Source: Haliotis rubra (Eukaryota). Taken from it: a DNA stretch of 64,000 nucleotides. The DNA lies in NCBI RefSeq assembly GCF_003918875.1, contig NW_025764968.1:124001-188000 (forward strand). Direction: 5' to 3'. The position numbers and the translations under genes are program-made. The notes under the pieces were generated by a model. It made no database searches, was not told where the DNA came from, and saw only the letters and a list, made by a program, of their open reading frames with translations. Shown piece by piece: positions 48,399-60,677 of the stretch (positions are counted from its first letter, which is position 1; the number at the start of each line of letters is the position of its first letter).

Positions 48399-48776
48399 GT
48401 CAGTTTCCATGGCAACTAGCAATAGAGTGTACAGTGTACAGAGAAGCAATTGGAAATATAAGATTATTTATGTACGCTGTGCAGGTGTATTCGGCTGTAT
48501 GAAAGAAACCTATAATTATGGATATAAATCCCAGTTTCGATGTTTGTCAACACCAAACCCATTCACTTGGGTTTCACCAAAGGGGTAAACACCTATAACC
48601 TGTATCACATGGGATTTCTTCTCCCATTATGCTGACGCTGGAAGACTGTTCGAAGCAGCACTAATTCCATCTCATTCACTTGCTTGAGGAACAGGTTTTG
48701 ACTATTGTTCATTTGAACAAAATAGTTAACACCAAGCAAAGGGTTACCCTTGATTGACGAGGTTGTGATGTTGTAG

Positions 48777-48878
48777 TCCAGTGATCTGGTGGAGAGGTTG
48801 GCGTCGGCGGAGCTGTTCTGTCTGAAGGATGTCATACCGGTGTCTGTGGGCACCACGGTGGAGTGTATGGCTCATCAG
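48777..48878 (+). CDS. LRRK2: LRRK2 exon W36, kinase-WD40 junction (SSDLVERLASAELFCL...VECMAHQ)
   Basis: gttgtag| and |gtcagt; phase 0-0. Confidence 0.93.
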
Positions 48879-49889
48879 GTCAGTTCCACGCAACATACAC
48901 ACGCAATCAGTAAAACTGACACACCATTATAATACAAGACAAATAGACAATTTGGTAATTCAAAACTTGTCTTCTCACTGTTGTTGATTCACATGTACTT
49001 TTCATTCACCCGATGAAGGCGTAAGAATATTCTCTGAAACATCGTGTTCTTCAAAATAAAGAAGTTGACATACATACCATTCTTGCCTTTCACCATAATG
49101 GAAGTCAAATAGTTCAAAATGTAAAGCCAGAAATATGTCTTGATTACACTCTAGATTCCATAGTGATGCAAAGAAAATTTATCACTGAAAATAATTGATG
49201 TAAAAGCAAATATTTGTGAAAAGGGTAGGCATGCCACTTGTAGCAGTTGTCACTCACACAACTTTCTTAAGAATGTGATATAATGGAACTGTAACTAATT
49301 GCTTGTGGTCGAAACAATCCAGTAATCAGTATCATGAGCTCTGATCCTCCTTGATAGACTACATAATTAAATACTGATCCCTAAGAGTCATAAGAGGCAA
49401 CCAAATGGTTTGGGTGGTCCGAGTCTTGGTCGAATGTGACCGAGTACATCTATGCTCATAACGCATATCATTGGATTGTCTGGTCCAGACTTGATTATTT
49501 ATGGATGACCAACATATAGCTGGAATATTGCTGAGTGTGCCGTGAAACATGAATCTTTAATGGGTGTCACAAGACCTTAAATACAGTTGGGATTCAGTTA
49601 TATGAACAGTGTGTCTGTTAGACTGAGTACGGGCTGCACCAGAGGAGCCAATCAGAAAGCTTGTAATGGGTGGTAGTAAAGATAAACATGGCTGACCCCG
49701 AAGAAATGTTCGTCTGACTTTAATTTCAAATAAGAAATAACAACAAATAACAGAGTCGGTCTTGCCTTTGTAACACCAGAAGAAAGAATAGTCATATAAA
49801 CTTGGATAAAATTGGTGAATTTTGTTATTGCCATCCGAGTTTCTGAAATATCCTGAGTTTATCTTTGAATTATGTTAATACTTTCTCAG

Positions 49890-50024
49890 GTACTGGGTGA
49901 GGACAATGTTCGTCTGTGGGTTGCCAGCGGTGACAGTGACTACATGCAACTGAGCTGGCTCAACCTACTCGACTACCACGACGACAGCAGGGGCAAGCTA
50001 AGCCGCAAGTCTATAGACTACAGT
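49890..50024 (+). CDS. LRRK2: LRRK2 exon W37, WD40 (VLGEDNVRLWVASG...RKSIDYS)
   Basis: ttctcag| and |gtaagt; phase 0-0. Confidence 0.92.
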
Positions 50025-50607
50025 GTAAGTAGCGAGGCTTGACAAACCATAGTCATGCAGTGTGGTGTTGAAGCTGAAAGGACCTGTGTAAATACTTGGA
50101 GTTAGCGAATTGGACACAACCACAAATTGATTACTGAATAAGTATTACCAAGCATAGTATAGTGACCAAGCTTTCACTTTCACTTTCACTTCACCTTAAG
50201 CTTAGACAGTGTAGTTTGACTATATTTGTGTACCTGTACTAGCCAAAAATAAAAATATCCCACTTGGAAATTTTTTACAGAAAAGGTGCCAATGACTTGT
50301 GAAACTCAGGAATTTGACGTTTCAATCTATACAGTTAGGACATAATCTGTGTCAACCAAGTCCATGGAAACAATTCGGACAGTAAAAAGATAATCATGCT
50401 GGACTTTAAGTAACTGTCAGATGATTTGTTCTTTCAAATTTGTGAGGCCCAGGGGGCTTTGTCATCTTCTGATGACTCTTGTTTCAGTGTGCCAGGGGGC
50501 ACTGAAAGAGACAATTAGTTGTGCCTTTTGGAATGTTAGTGTATAGAAGATTCCTCTTGATCCTAACACCAGGAATCTAGCTGTCATTGACTGCTTCGTC
50601 TCTTCAG

Positions 50608-50780
50608 GGCAGGGTGATGCGTGAGGGTAGAATCCTGTGCATCCTTCCTATAGACGAGGACCACGTGCTGCTGGGCACACAGACTGGCTTGATTTGGGTG
50701 TTCAATGCTAAGGATTGTGATCTGAAACATTCCACCAGGAGGCTGCCGGACTCTGTCCTCTCACTACTCCTCATCAAAAG
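50608..50780 (+). CDS. LRRK2: LRRK2 exon W38, WD40 (GRVMREGRILCI...GTQTG...DSVLSLLLIK)
   Basis: tcttcag| and |gtgggt; phase 0-2. Confidence 0.94.
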
Positions 50781-50829
50781 GTGGGTCCTGGCATAGAACG
50801 TGGAGTAGATGGGTCGGATGGGGTCATGG

Positions 50830-53745
50830 TTGAAGAGTTTATTGATGGTTGAAAAGTGGATGGTGGGTTTAGTTGATGGAGAGGTGAGTTGATGGAAGGT
50901 GAGTTGATTGAGGGTTGAGTTGATTGTTGTTGAGTGGATGGCGATGTGTTTAGTTGATTGAGAGGTGAGTTGATGGAAGGTGAGTGGATTGAGGGTTGAG
51001 TTGATGGTTGGTGAGTGGATGATGTGTTTAGTTGATTGAGAGGTGAGTTGATGGAAGGTGAGTGGATTGAGGGTTGAGTTGATGGTTGGTGAGTGGATGG
51101 CGATGGGTTTAGTTGATGGAGAGGTGAGTTGATGGAAGGTGAGTGGATTGAGGGTTGAGTTGATGGTTGGTGAGTGGATGATGTGTTTAGTTGATTGAGA
51201 GGTGAGTTGATGGAAGGTGAGTGGATTGAGGGTTGAGAAGATGGTGAGTGGATTGAGAATTTAGTTGATGGAGAGATGAGTTGATGGAAGGGGAGTTGAT
51301 TGAGTTGAGTTGATGGTTGTTGAGAGGATGGCGATGGGTTTAGTTGATTGAGAGGTGAGTTGATGGAAGGTGAGTTGATTGAGGGTTGAGTTGATGGTTG
51401 TTGAGTGGATGATGATGGGTTTAGTTGATTGAGAGGTGAGTTGATGGAAGGTGAGTGGATTGAGGGTTGAGTTGATGGTTGTGAGTGGTGGATGTTTAGT
51501 TGATTGAGTTTGAGTTGATGGAGGTGAGGTTGAGTTGATGAGTGGATGGTGTTTAGTGGATTGAGGGTTTGAAGTTGATGGATTGAGGTTGAGTTGGATG
51601 GATGATGGGTTTAGTTGATTGAGAGGTGAGTTGATGGAAGGTGAGTGGATTGAGGGTTGAGTTGATGGTTGGTTGAGTGGATGATGTGTTTTAGTTGATT
51701 GAGAGGTGAGTTGATGGAAGGTGAGTGGATTGAGGGTTGAGTTGATGGTTGTTGATGAGTGGATGATGATGGGTTTAGTTGATTGAGAGGTGAGCTGATG
51801 GAAGGTGTGAGTGGATTGAGGGTTGAGTTGATGGTTGGTGAGTGGATGATGATGGGTTGAGTTGATGGTTGAGAGGTGAGTTGATGGAAGGTGAGTGGAT
51901 TGAGGGTTGAGTTGATGGTTGGTGAGTGGATGATGATGGGTTTAGTTGATGGAGAGGTGGAGTTGATGGAAGGTGAGTGGATTGAGGGTTGAGTTGATGG
52001 TTGGTGAGTGGATGATGTGTTTAGTTGATTGAGAGGTGAGTTGATGGAAGGTGAGTGGATTGAGGGTTGAGTTGATGGTTGGTGAGTGGATGATGATGGG
52101 TTTAGTTGATGAGAGGTGAGTTGATGGAAGGTGAGTGGATTGAGGGTTGAGTTGATGGTTGTTGAGTGGATGGATGATGGGTTTAGTTGATTGAGAGGTG
52201 AGTTGATGGAAGGTGAGTGGATTGAGGGTTGAGTTGATGGTTGTTGAGTGGATGATGATGTGTTTAGTTGATTGAGAGGTGAGTTGATGGAAGGTGAGTG
52301 GATTGAGGGTTGAGTTGATGGTTGGTGAGTGGATGATGATGGGTTTAGTTGATGAGAGAGGTGAGTTGATGGAAGGTGAGTGGATTGAGGGTGAGTTGAT
52401 GGTTGATGTTGGTGAGTGGTGGATTGATGGTTGTTTAGTTGATGGAGAGGTGAGTTGATGGAAGGTGAGTGGATTGAGGAGTTGATTGAGTTGAATTGAT
52501 GGTTGTTGAGTGGATGATGATGTGTTTAGTTGATTGAGAGGTGAGTTGATGGAAGATGAGTGGATAGAGGGTTGAGTTGATGGTTTGGTTGATGAGTGAA
52601 TGGATTGAGAGGTTGAGTTGATTTAGTGAGTGGATTGAGTTGATTGGAGGTGAGTTGATGGAAGATGAGTGGATTGAGGGTTGAGTTGATTGGTTGGTGA
52701 GTTGATGGAAGGTGAGTGGATTGAGGGTTGAGTTGATGGTTGGTGAGTGGATTGAGGGTTTAGTTGATTGAGAGGTGAGTTGATGGAAGGTGAGTGGATT
52801 GAGGGTTGAGTTGATGGTTGGTGAGGATTGAGGGTTTAGTTGATTGAGAGGTGAGTTGATGGAAAGTTGATTGAGGGTTGGTGAGTTGGTGAGTGAGGTT
52901 TAGTTGGAAGGTGAGTGGATTGAGGGTTGAGTTGATGGTTGGTGAGTGGATTGAGGGTTTAGTTAATTGAGAGGTGAGTTGATGTAAGGTGAGTGGATTG
53001 AGAGGTGAGTTGATGGAAGGGGAGTTGATTGAGGGTTGAGTTGATGGTTGGTGAGTGGATTTAGGGTTTAGTTGATTGAGAGGTGAGTTGATGGAAGGTG
53101 AGTGGATTGATGATGGGTTTAGTGGATTGAGGGGAGTGGATTGAGGGGGTTGAGTTGATGGTTGGTGAGTGGATTGAGGATTTAGTTGATGGTGAGAGGT
53201 GAGTTGATGGAAGGTGAATGGATTGAGAGGTGAGTTGATGGAAGGGAGTTGATTGATGGATTGAGTTGATGAGGATTGGTAAGTGAATTTAGGGTTTAGT
53301 TGATTGAATGGATTGAGAGGTGAGTTGATGGAAGGGGAGTTGATTGAGGGTTGAGTTGATGAGTGGATGAGAGGTTGAGTTAGTTGATGGAGAGGTTGAG
53401 TTGATGAGTGGTGATGAGTTGTTGAGGTGAGAGTTCGTTGATGGAAGGAGTGGATTGATGGTGGGTTGAGTTGATGGTTGGTGAGTGAATTTAGGGTTTA
53501 GTTGATGGAGAGGTGAGTTGATGGAAGGTGAGTGGATTGAGGGTTGAATTGATGGTTGTTGAGTGGATGATGATGGGTTTAGTTGATTGAGAGGTGAGTT
53601 GATGGAAGATGAGTGGATTGAGGGTTGAGTTGATGGTTGGTGAGTGGATTGAGGGTTGAGAAGATGGTGAGTGGATTTATGTTTTAGCTGATGGAGCTTG
53701 AGTTGATGGCAGGTTGAGTTGATGGAGGGTTGAGTGGATGTGGGA
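50830..53745. repeat. G/T-rich tandem array, 78-81-bp unit made of ~13-bp subrepeats
   Basis: Unit GAGAGGTGAGTTGATGGAAGGTGAGTGGATTGAGGGTTGAGTTGATGGTTGGTGAGTGGATGATGATGGGTTTAGTTGATT; almost no C. Confidence 0.96.
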
Positions 53746-53852
53746 TTCAGCTGTGGATTCAGTTGGTGGGTTGAACTAGTGAAGATGATGTATGGTTTTG
53801 TAGCTGGGATAACCTTGATTTCAGTACTAACATTTGTTGGCATGTGTTACAG

Positions 53853-53928
53853 GAGAGGGGACAATCTGGTGCTTGCAGGTTTAGCCAATGGAGGGATCAA
53901 ATTCTGTCCTGTCTCAGAGATTCTGGAG
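53853..53928 (+). CDS. LRRK2: LRRK2 exon W39, WD40 (RGDNLVLAGLANGGIKFCPVSEILE)
   Basis: gttacag| and |gtgaaa; phase 2-0. Confidence 0.92.
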
Positions 53929-54419
53929 GTGAAAACATTATGAGTTTTAAGCAGCACCAAATGTATAGGATGTCCGAAATTATTTTCACATAACACCATC
54001 TCAAATTATTGCTGTAGGTAGATGACGCTTGGTACATGACATCTAAAAATCAGACCATGGTTGAAATAAATTGACAGTGACCTGTTTATGAGGTCAAGGT
54101 CACTGTAAAGGTCAATCTAAGTGAGAATAGCATGTGCCACAGTTACATCACTGAATTCACAATCAAAACGTTATTATTAAATTTACCTGATGTAAGTATG
54201 CATAGGCAGATCAGGGGAGGGGTGGGTGGGTTGAAAGTTTATTAAATGATCATTGAAACTCTTGTGAAACGAAATGAACTGTGCACCCACCCACCCAGTG
54301 TGTTCTTAAAAGAATGGGTCAGGAGTTATTTTAAATACCAAACTTTGATAGCCAACTTTGAGTTTAATGTATATGTAACCCAATTCACTCACTCACTCAT
54401 CACTGGCTACATCCCCCAG

Positions 54420-54592
54420 GAGCCAGACAGCACCCTACTTGGGATGAACCTGGGCAAGTCACACGAACCGGTGCGATGTCTCGTGCAGGTCGACAAGAGG
54501 ATCATAGCTTCCTGTGGCACCAAGGTCGTCATTTTCATCAGCTCCAGGAACGGTCTTGGGATAGAAAAGGATTTTGATACAGTTAAAAGCAG
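54420..54592 (+). CDS. LRRK2: LRRK2 exon W40, WD40 (EPDSTLLGMNLG...PVRCL...SCGTKV...DTVKS)
   Basis: cccccag| and |gtctgt; phase 0-2. Confidence 0.92.
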
Positions 54593-54860
54593 GTCTGTGT
54601 TATCGGTTGCGTTTACCATCGGTCACAGGGTTGTCTGGTCCAGACTGGAGTATTTACAGCCATCATGTAGTTGTGATATTGTTTAGTGTGGCACAACAAC
54701 GTCCAAAACAAAACTGATCAAGCATAATGTGCCAAAACAATTAGGGTGAGCTTCAGAGCCTAGTGGAGTAGATGCACAGAATATGACAGTACTTGGGACT
54801 AGGAGGGCACAATGGGTGCTGTTTGAGATTACCTAGCTGTAGCTCACCTAGTACAAACAT

Positions 54861-55082
54861 ACCCATGAAGACCCATGTTAGAATTGGTCTTCAGCAACCC
54901 ATGCTTGTCGTAAGAAGCGTGTAACAGGATCGGGTAGTCAAGCTTGTTTACTTGGTTGACACATGTCATCGCATCCCAGTTGCGTAGATCGATGCTCATG
55001 TTGTTGATCACTGGACTGTCTGGTACCATATAGCTAGAATATTGCTAAAAGCATCGTGAAACCTTACTCACTCACTCACTAC
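54861..55082 (+). mobile_element. SINE-like repeat family B
   Basis: Homologous to the 47996 copy. Confidence 0.82.
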
Positions 55083-55388
55083 TATCAACCACAGGTTTTT
55101 CGCTCTCGACCTCTGTTCATATTGCAGGCTATCTTGCAAAAGCTGTCTCAGATGTAAACATTTCCTTTTAAAAGTTGCAAATCCCTACAAACATGGCTAG
55201 TTCAGAAATTTTAACTCACTTACATGGTTCTTAACTTCTTTTGAGTTGTAAAAACTCCTATGTCACTCACTCACACACTAACGCACACACTCTCTCACGC
55301 ACACACTCGTTCAATAGTTCACTCATGCACTGAGATATTAGGTCCTACCTGCAGTTGTTTCGGTAACACAGTCTGTTCTATGTTCCAG

Positions 55389-55529
55389 TGGCAAAGTGAG
55401 GTCCCCCATCTGTACTATGGCAGTAGGACGTCACATCTTTCTGTCTCGGCGTCGGTCTGCCATGCTGGAGGTGTGGGACCAGAACAAGGAGAGACAGAGG
55501 GGCTGTTGCAACATCGCGGACACATTCAG
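55389..55529 (+). CDS. LRRK2: LRRK2 exon W41, WD40 (GKVRSPICTMAVG...LEVWDQNKERQRGCCNIADTF)
   Basis: gttccag| and |gtgagg; phase 2-2; G2385-equivalent Gly retained. Confidence 0.93.
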
Positions 55530-55569
55530 GTGAGGTCTTGAATCTCATGATCAGAGTGTTCTTGCCTGG

Positions 55570-55905
55570 TGACCGCCTCCGTGGAGAAGCGGAAGGTCGC
55601 GGGTTCGATCCCCGACCGCGTCATACCAAAAGACGTTAAAATATGGTACTTGTTGGTCCCTGCCTGGCGCTCGGCATTAATGGGTACAACAAGGACTGGT
55701 CGGCTCGGAGTCAGTATAATGTGTCTGAGTGGGGTATTCATGCTTCACTGCGGCATGGTATCTCAGTGAGCTAGCACTATAAAACCAGCTTCAGTCTGGG
55801 CTAGTACAAGCAGCCGCACATACACATACACACGCATGCACGTTGTCATATGAGCGAAATATTCTCAAGCACGACGTAAAACCGAATTTCACCTCACCTC
55901 ACCTC
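55570..55905 (+). mobile_element. tRNA-derived SINE family C (Meta-domain-like)
   Basis: Highly similar to 30405-30735. Confidence 0.85.
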
Positions 55906-56033
55906 TTGCCTGGCTATTGGAACCAACACAGCATGTTACTGCATCTGAGGGGGCCACCTTGGTCCCCACAGAATCTAAACTGGTTCTATGTTACACCACC
56001 ATTGCAGTTAACACCATTATTTCTCCCAATCAG

Positions 56034-56212
56034 AATTTCAACAGATGAAGCCAGAATCACATCCATACTGTACCTACAAGACAGCCGGGCATTGTGGGTA
56101 GGAACTGGTGGAGGTCACGTGGTGGTGGTGGATGCAGTGTCCCTGGCGCCGATCATGCAGACCGCCCGGCACACGGCGTCGATTAGATCACTGATGGCAA
56201 TCAAGTCTATAG
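56034..56212 (+). CDS. LRRK2: LRRK2 exon W42, WD40 (ISTDEARITSI...ALWVGTGGGH...SIRSLMAIKSI)
   Basis: caatcag| and |gtaggt; phase 2-1. Confidence 0.96.
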
Positions 56213-56234
56213 GTAGGTGAATACTTCCCTCTGT

Positions 56235-56510
56235 GGTCGACCTGTAGATGAGGGGTAGTAGAGATCGACCTTCAGATGAGGGGTAATAGAGGTCGACCTT
56301 CAGATGAGGGGTAATAGAGGTCAACCTTCAGATGAGGGGTAATAGAGGTCGACTGTCAGATGAGGGGTAATAGAGGTCGACCTTCAGATGAGGGGTAATA
56401 GAGGTCGACCTTCAGATGAGGGGTAATAGAGGTCAACCTTCAGATGAGGGGTAGTACAGGTCGACCTTCAGATGTGGGGTAATAGAGGTCGACCTTCAGA
56501 TGAGGGATAG
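56235..56510. repeat. 28-bp minisatellite (about 10 copies)
   Basis: Unit GAGGTCGACCTTCAGATGAGGGGTAATA, starting just after the W42 donor. Confidence 0.95.
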
Positions 56511-56569
56511 TAGTTCTTACAGTGTTTCCTCGGCACATTGAAGACCTGGGTTTGTTTCTACTCATCGGT

Positions 56570-58210
56570 TTAATAGCCCTTGGTGCCCTGTCCTTCATTA
56601 GACAGCGTATGGTAATGCCATTCTGTTGTTATGATGCATACCCTGGATCTGTTTATAGCCCTTGGTGCCCTGTCCTTCATTAGACAACGTATGGACATTC
56701 TGTTGTTGTTTATAGCCCTTGGTGCCCTGTCCTTCATTAGACAGCGTATGGTAATGCCATTCTGTTATTATGATGCATACCCTTGTTTATAGCCCTTGGT
56801 GCCCTGTCCTTCCTTCATTAGACAATGCCATGGTAATGCCATTCTGTTGTTTATAGCCCTTGGTGCCCTGTCCTTCATTAGACAGTGTATGGTAATGCCA
56901 TTCTGTTGTTTATAGCCCTTGGTGCCCTGTCCTTCATTAGACAGTGTATGGTAATGCCATTCTGTTGTTATGATGCATACCCTGGACCTGTTTATACCCC
57001 TTGGTGCCCTGTCCTTCATTAGACAGTGTATGGTAATGCCATTCTGTTGTTTATAGCCCTTGGTGCCCTGTCCTTCATTAGACAGCGTATGGTAATGCCA
57101 TTCTGTTGTTATGATGCATACCCTGGACCTGTTTATACCCCTTGGTGCCCTGTCCTTCATTAGACAGTGTATGGTAATGCCATTCTGTTGTTTATAGCCC
57201 TTGGTGCCCTGTCCTTCATTAGACAGCGTATGGTAATGCCATTCTGTTGTTATGATGCATACCCTGGACATGTTTATAGCCCTTGGTGCCCTGTCCTTCA
57301 TTAGACAGCGTATGGTAATGCCATTCTGTTGTTTATAGCCCTTGGTGCCCTGTCCTTCATTAGACAGCGTATGGTAATGCCATTCTGTTGTTATGATGCA
57401 TACCCTGGACATGTTTATAGCCCTTGGTGCCCTGTCCTTCATTAGACAGCGTATGGTAATGCCATTCTGTTGTTTATAGCCCTTGGTGCCCTGTCCTTCA
57501 TTAGACAGCATATGGTAATGCCATTCTGTTATTATGATGCATACCCTGGACATGTTTATAGCCCTTGGTGCCCTGTCCTTCATTAGACAGTATGGTAATG
57601 CCATTCTGTTGTTATGATGCATACCCTGGACATGTTTATAGCCCTTGGTGCCCTGTCCTTCATTAGACAGCGTATGGTAATGCCATTCTGTTGTTTTATA
57701 CCCCCATGGTGCCCTTGTCCTGTCTTCATTAGACAGCGTATGGTAATGCCATTCTGTTGTTTTGAGGCCTGTGGTGCCCTAGTCCTTGGTGCCCTGTCCT
57801 TCATTAGACAGTATGGTAATGCCATTCTGTTGTTATGATGCATCATTAGACCTGCCATGGTAATGCCATTCTGTTGTTTATAGCCCTTGGTGCCCTGTCC
57901 TTCATTAGACATTAATGACATTCTGTATGGTTAATGCCATGGTCTGTCCTTCATTAGACAGTATGGTATGCCATTCTGTTGTTATGATGCGTACCCTGGA
58001 CATGTTTATAGCCCTTGGTGCCCTGTCCTTCATTAGACAGCGTATGGTAATGCCATTCTGTTGTTTATAGCCCTTGGTGCCCTGTCCTTCATTAGACAGC
58101 GTATGGTAATGCCATTCTGTTGTTTTGAGGCCTTGGTGCCCTGTCCTTCATTAGACAGCATATGGTAATGCCATTCTGTTGTTATGATGCATACCCTGGA
58201 CATGTTTATC
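56570..58210. repeat. Minisatellite with alternating 59- and 82-bp units (141-bp higher-order repeat)
   Basis: Core TTTATAGCCCTTGGTGCCCTGTCCTTCATTAGACAGCGTATGGTAATGCCATTCTGTTG, with or without a 23-bp insert. Confidence 0.95.
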
Positions 58211-58603
58211 ACCTCAGAGGTGATCCAACGAGCTCCATGTCTCTTATTACTAGTTAACCTTGAAATCAACAGCCAATCAAAACAGCTCCTCTGTCTCAAG
58301 TTTGGCATGGTACTGTTACAAAATTACTGCCTTATATGACCAAACCCCTGATCTGTTTGATGGAATCAAGAGACTGTTATGATATTGTGTTTGGTTAAAA
58401 CAGTAGTATCAAGATGGGTGAAGTCTTTTTCAGAGGAGATTCCAGTTGTGTTTGTGAAGGCATGTGAAAGTTGGTTTGAATCTTCTCAGGTTTCCTGGTT
58501 TCGTTCATGAAAGACATTTGTAATTTGATTGGATGTCTGTTATTAGCGTTTTGTCTTTTGAACCAGGTATTTATTGTAATAGTATGGAAATTTAATCAAT
58601 GGA

Positions 58604-58777
58604 TAATAATAAAAATAATAATTTGTACCTCTATAGAGCTAAATCCCATACACCAAGTGCATGCCTGAAGCACATACAAACAGACAGTTCATTATTACCC
58701 CGGATAACCCAAGCTGCCTGTGAGGCACTAGAAGGTTATGGTCACATGACCACCGGGTACCCATTTTCTGCTGGGTG
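58604..58777 (-). mobile_element. 3' fragment of the CORE-like SINE seen at 3084
   Basis: Shared CATTATTACCCCGGATAACCCAAGCTGCCTGT..GGGTACCCATTTTCTGCTGGGTG. Confidence 0.8.
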
Positions 58778-59279
58778 TTGCTTTTCAAATGATATGTATT
58801 GCAGTATTTTTCCTGAGAACCGGTATATTGGGAAAAGAACATATATGAAGTTTTGTCATTATCGTTATGGTTTAAATTAATATCTACACAGACCTTCATT
58901 CACACCAAATGTTTTCCTTGGTTATTCAATGACAAAACGGCATGCTATAGTGTAATACTATAAGTTGTATAAAATGGTCAAAAGAATAACTGATTATGCA
59001 ACCTAATATGGGATTACTATTATCAGAACCGTAACATTTATGTTTAGGGACTTGTAATGTAGAAAATAGGATTGACATGCACAATTAGTGTCACCTACTG
59101 TCAAACAATTAAGTTCCCAATATATCACAATACGTATCGCAATACGGGTACCTGAATCGCAATATATTGCAGTACAATTTATTTGGCAACACACAGCCCT
59201 AATTATTGGTGACTTCTTGCCCCTTACATGTGTTTCTTTGAATGTTTAAATTACTAACATGGGTCAATTCTTGTTTCAG

Positions 59280-59354
59280 CATATCAGCCATGCTCAGTTG
59301 TCCTGAGTGGAGGACTTGGATTTCGACACAGACCTGAGGCTGAAGTTAAGAAAG
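59280..59354 (+). CDS. LRRK2: LRRK2 exon W43 (AYQPCSVVLSGGLGFRHRPEAEVKK)
   Basis: gtttcag| and |gttaga; phase 1-1. Confidence 0.88.
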
Positions 59355-59508
59355 GTTAGAGCTGAGTTGAGATGGAAGAGTGTGAACGTATGGTTGGGAT
59401 TACGAGGGATGCTGATTGTAAACTGAATCACACAAAACATATATGTTCCATGTCCAGAGCAAAGCTTGTAAACTAGGGCTAAACTGTGCCTTCTGCCCTT
59501 CAGGAATT

Positions 59509-59682
59509 AGGGGCGGTGGGGTAGCCTTGTGGTTAAAGCGTTCACTTATAATGCTGAAGACCCGGGTTTCGATTCCCAACATGGGTTCAATGTGTGAAGC
59601 CCATTTCTGGTGTCCCCTGCTGTGATTTATATTGCAGGAATATTGCTAAAAGCAGTGTAAAACTAAACTCACTCACTAACTC
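59509..59682 (+). mobile_element. tRNA-derived SINE family A (near full length)
   Basis: GGGGCGGTGGGGTAGCCTTGTGGTTAAAGCG..GGGTTTCGATTCCC head; flanked by direct repeat CTTCAGGAATTA. Confidence 0.9.
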
Positions 59683-59938
59683 TTCAGGAATTACATTTCC
59701 AAACCCCTACTCCCCCATATGGTGCAGGAAGATATTAGCTATTAGTATTTTGGTCTGACTGCACATCCTATTTTACATAGCAGAACTAACAACCCGTTTG
59801 CCGTTTCTTTATGAACTTTCTCACATAAGGTTGTGAACGGGGAATTTTTGTTTGTTGTGCACATAATGGAAGAACGTTTGATTAGGTTTGAGCTTGGACT
59901 GTGGTCAAACTGCTGGAGAAACTTCAGTATTCAACCAA

Positions 59939-60401
59939 GGTGCCATTGTACAAAACAAGCTTAGCGTAAAGACTACCTTAAGTCTATGTTAAGGTATGGG
60001 AGTTACGGTCACCTTAGTACTAAGACTATCTTAAAGTCTATGTTAGGGTATGGGAGTTACGGTCACCTTAGTACTAAGACTACCTTAAGTCTATGTTAGG
60101 GTATGGGAGTTACGGTCACCTTAGTACTAAGACTATCTTAAGTCTATGTTAGGGTATGGGAGTTACGGTCACCTTAGCACTAAGACTACCTTAAGTCTAT
60201 GTTAGGGTATGGGAGTTATGGTCACCTTAGTACTAAGACTACCTTAAGCCTATGTTAAGGTATGGCAGTTACGGTCACCTTAGTACTAAGACTATCTTAA
60301 GTCTATGTTAGGGTATGGGAGTCACCTTAGTACGGTCACCTTAGCCCTAAGATGGGAGTTACGGTCACCATAGCCCTAAGATCGCATTGTACAACGGCAC
60401 C
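59939..60401. mobile_element. Harbinger-like MITE with about 7 internal 53-bp tandem repeats
   Basis: TIRs GGTGCC(A/G)TTGTACAA; flanks CAA and CAG; unit is a diverged reverse complement of the 1025 element's unit. Confidence 0.83.
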
Positions 60402-60677
60402 CAGATGGTAAACTGGTGCCATTGGCAGTGAGGACTTTAAATGTTTATGTTTCTTGTGAATCTATATGGATACATGCTGGACAAAGACTTGTGTGGTTCT
60501 GGTTGTGTTTCTTGGTCAGTTATTAAAACTCTCGCTATTTCTTCATGAAACTTTGTATATATCTCAATCAAATGGTAAACGCTCATTTTATTCTATCTTG
60601 GGCTTTGGAAGTTTGTTTAGAGAGAGGAGTGACATGGAACTGCTGAATGATTCCTCACCATGTTCTGTATATCCCAG

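Noticed and set aside
56768-58308. 284-aa minus-strand ORF with a 47-aa period
   Set aside because: It is the translation of the 141-bp higher-order repeat, with no other gene evidence.
59509-59585. tRNA genes at SINE heads (also 9960-10030, 26005, 30420, 55590)
   Set aside because: They have A/B boxes but no complete cloverleaf, and continue into shared SINE bodies and tails.
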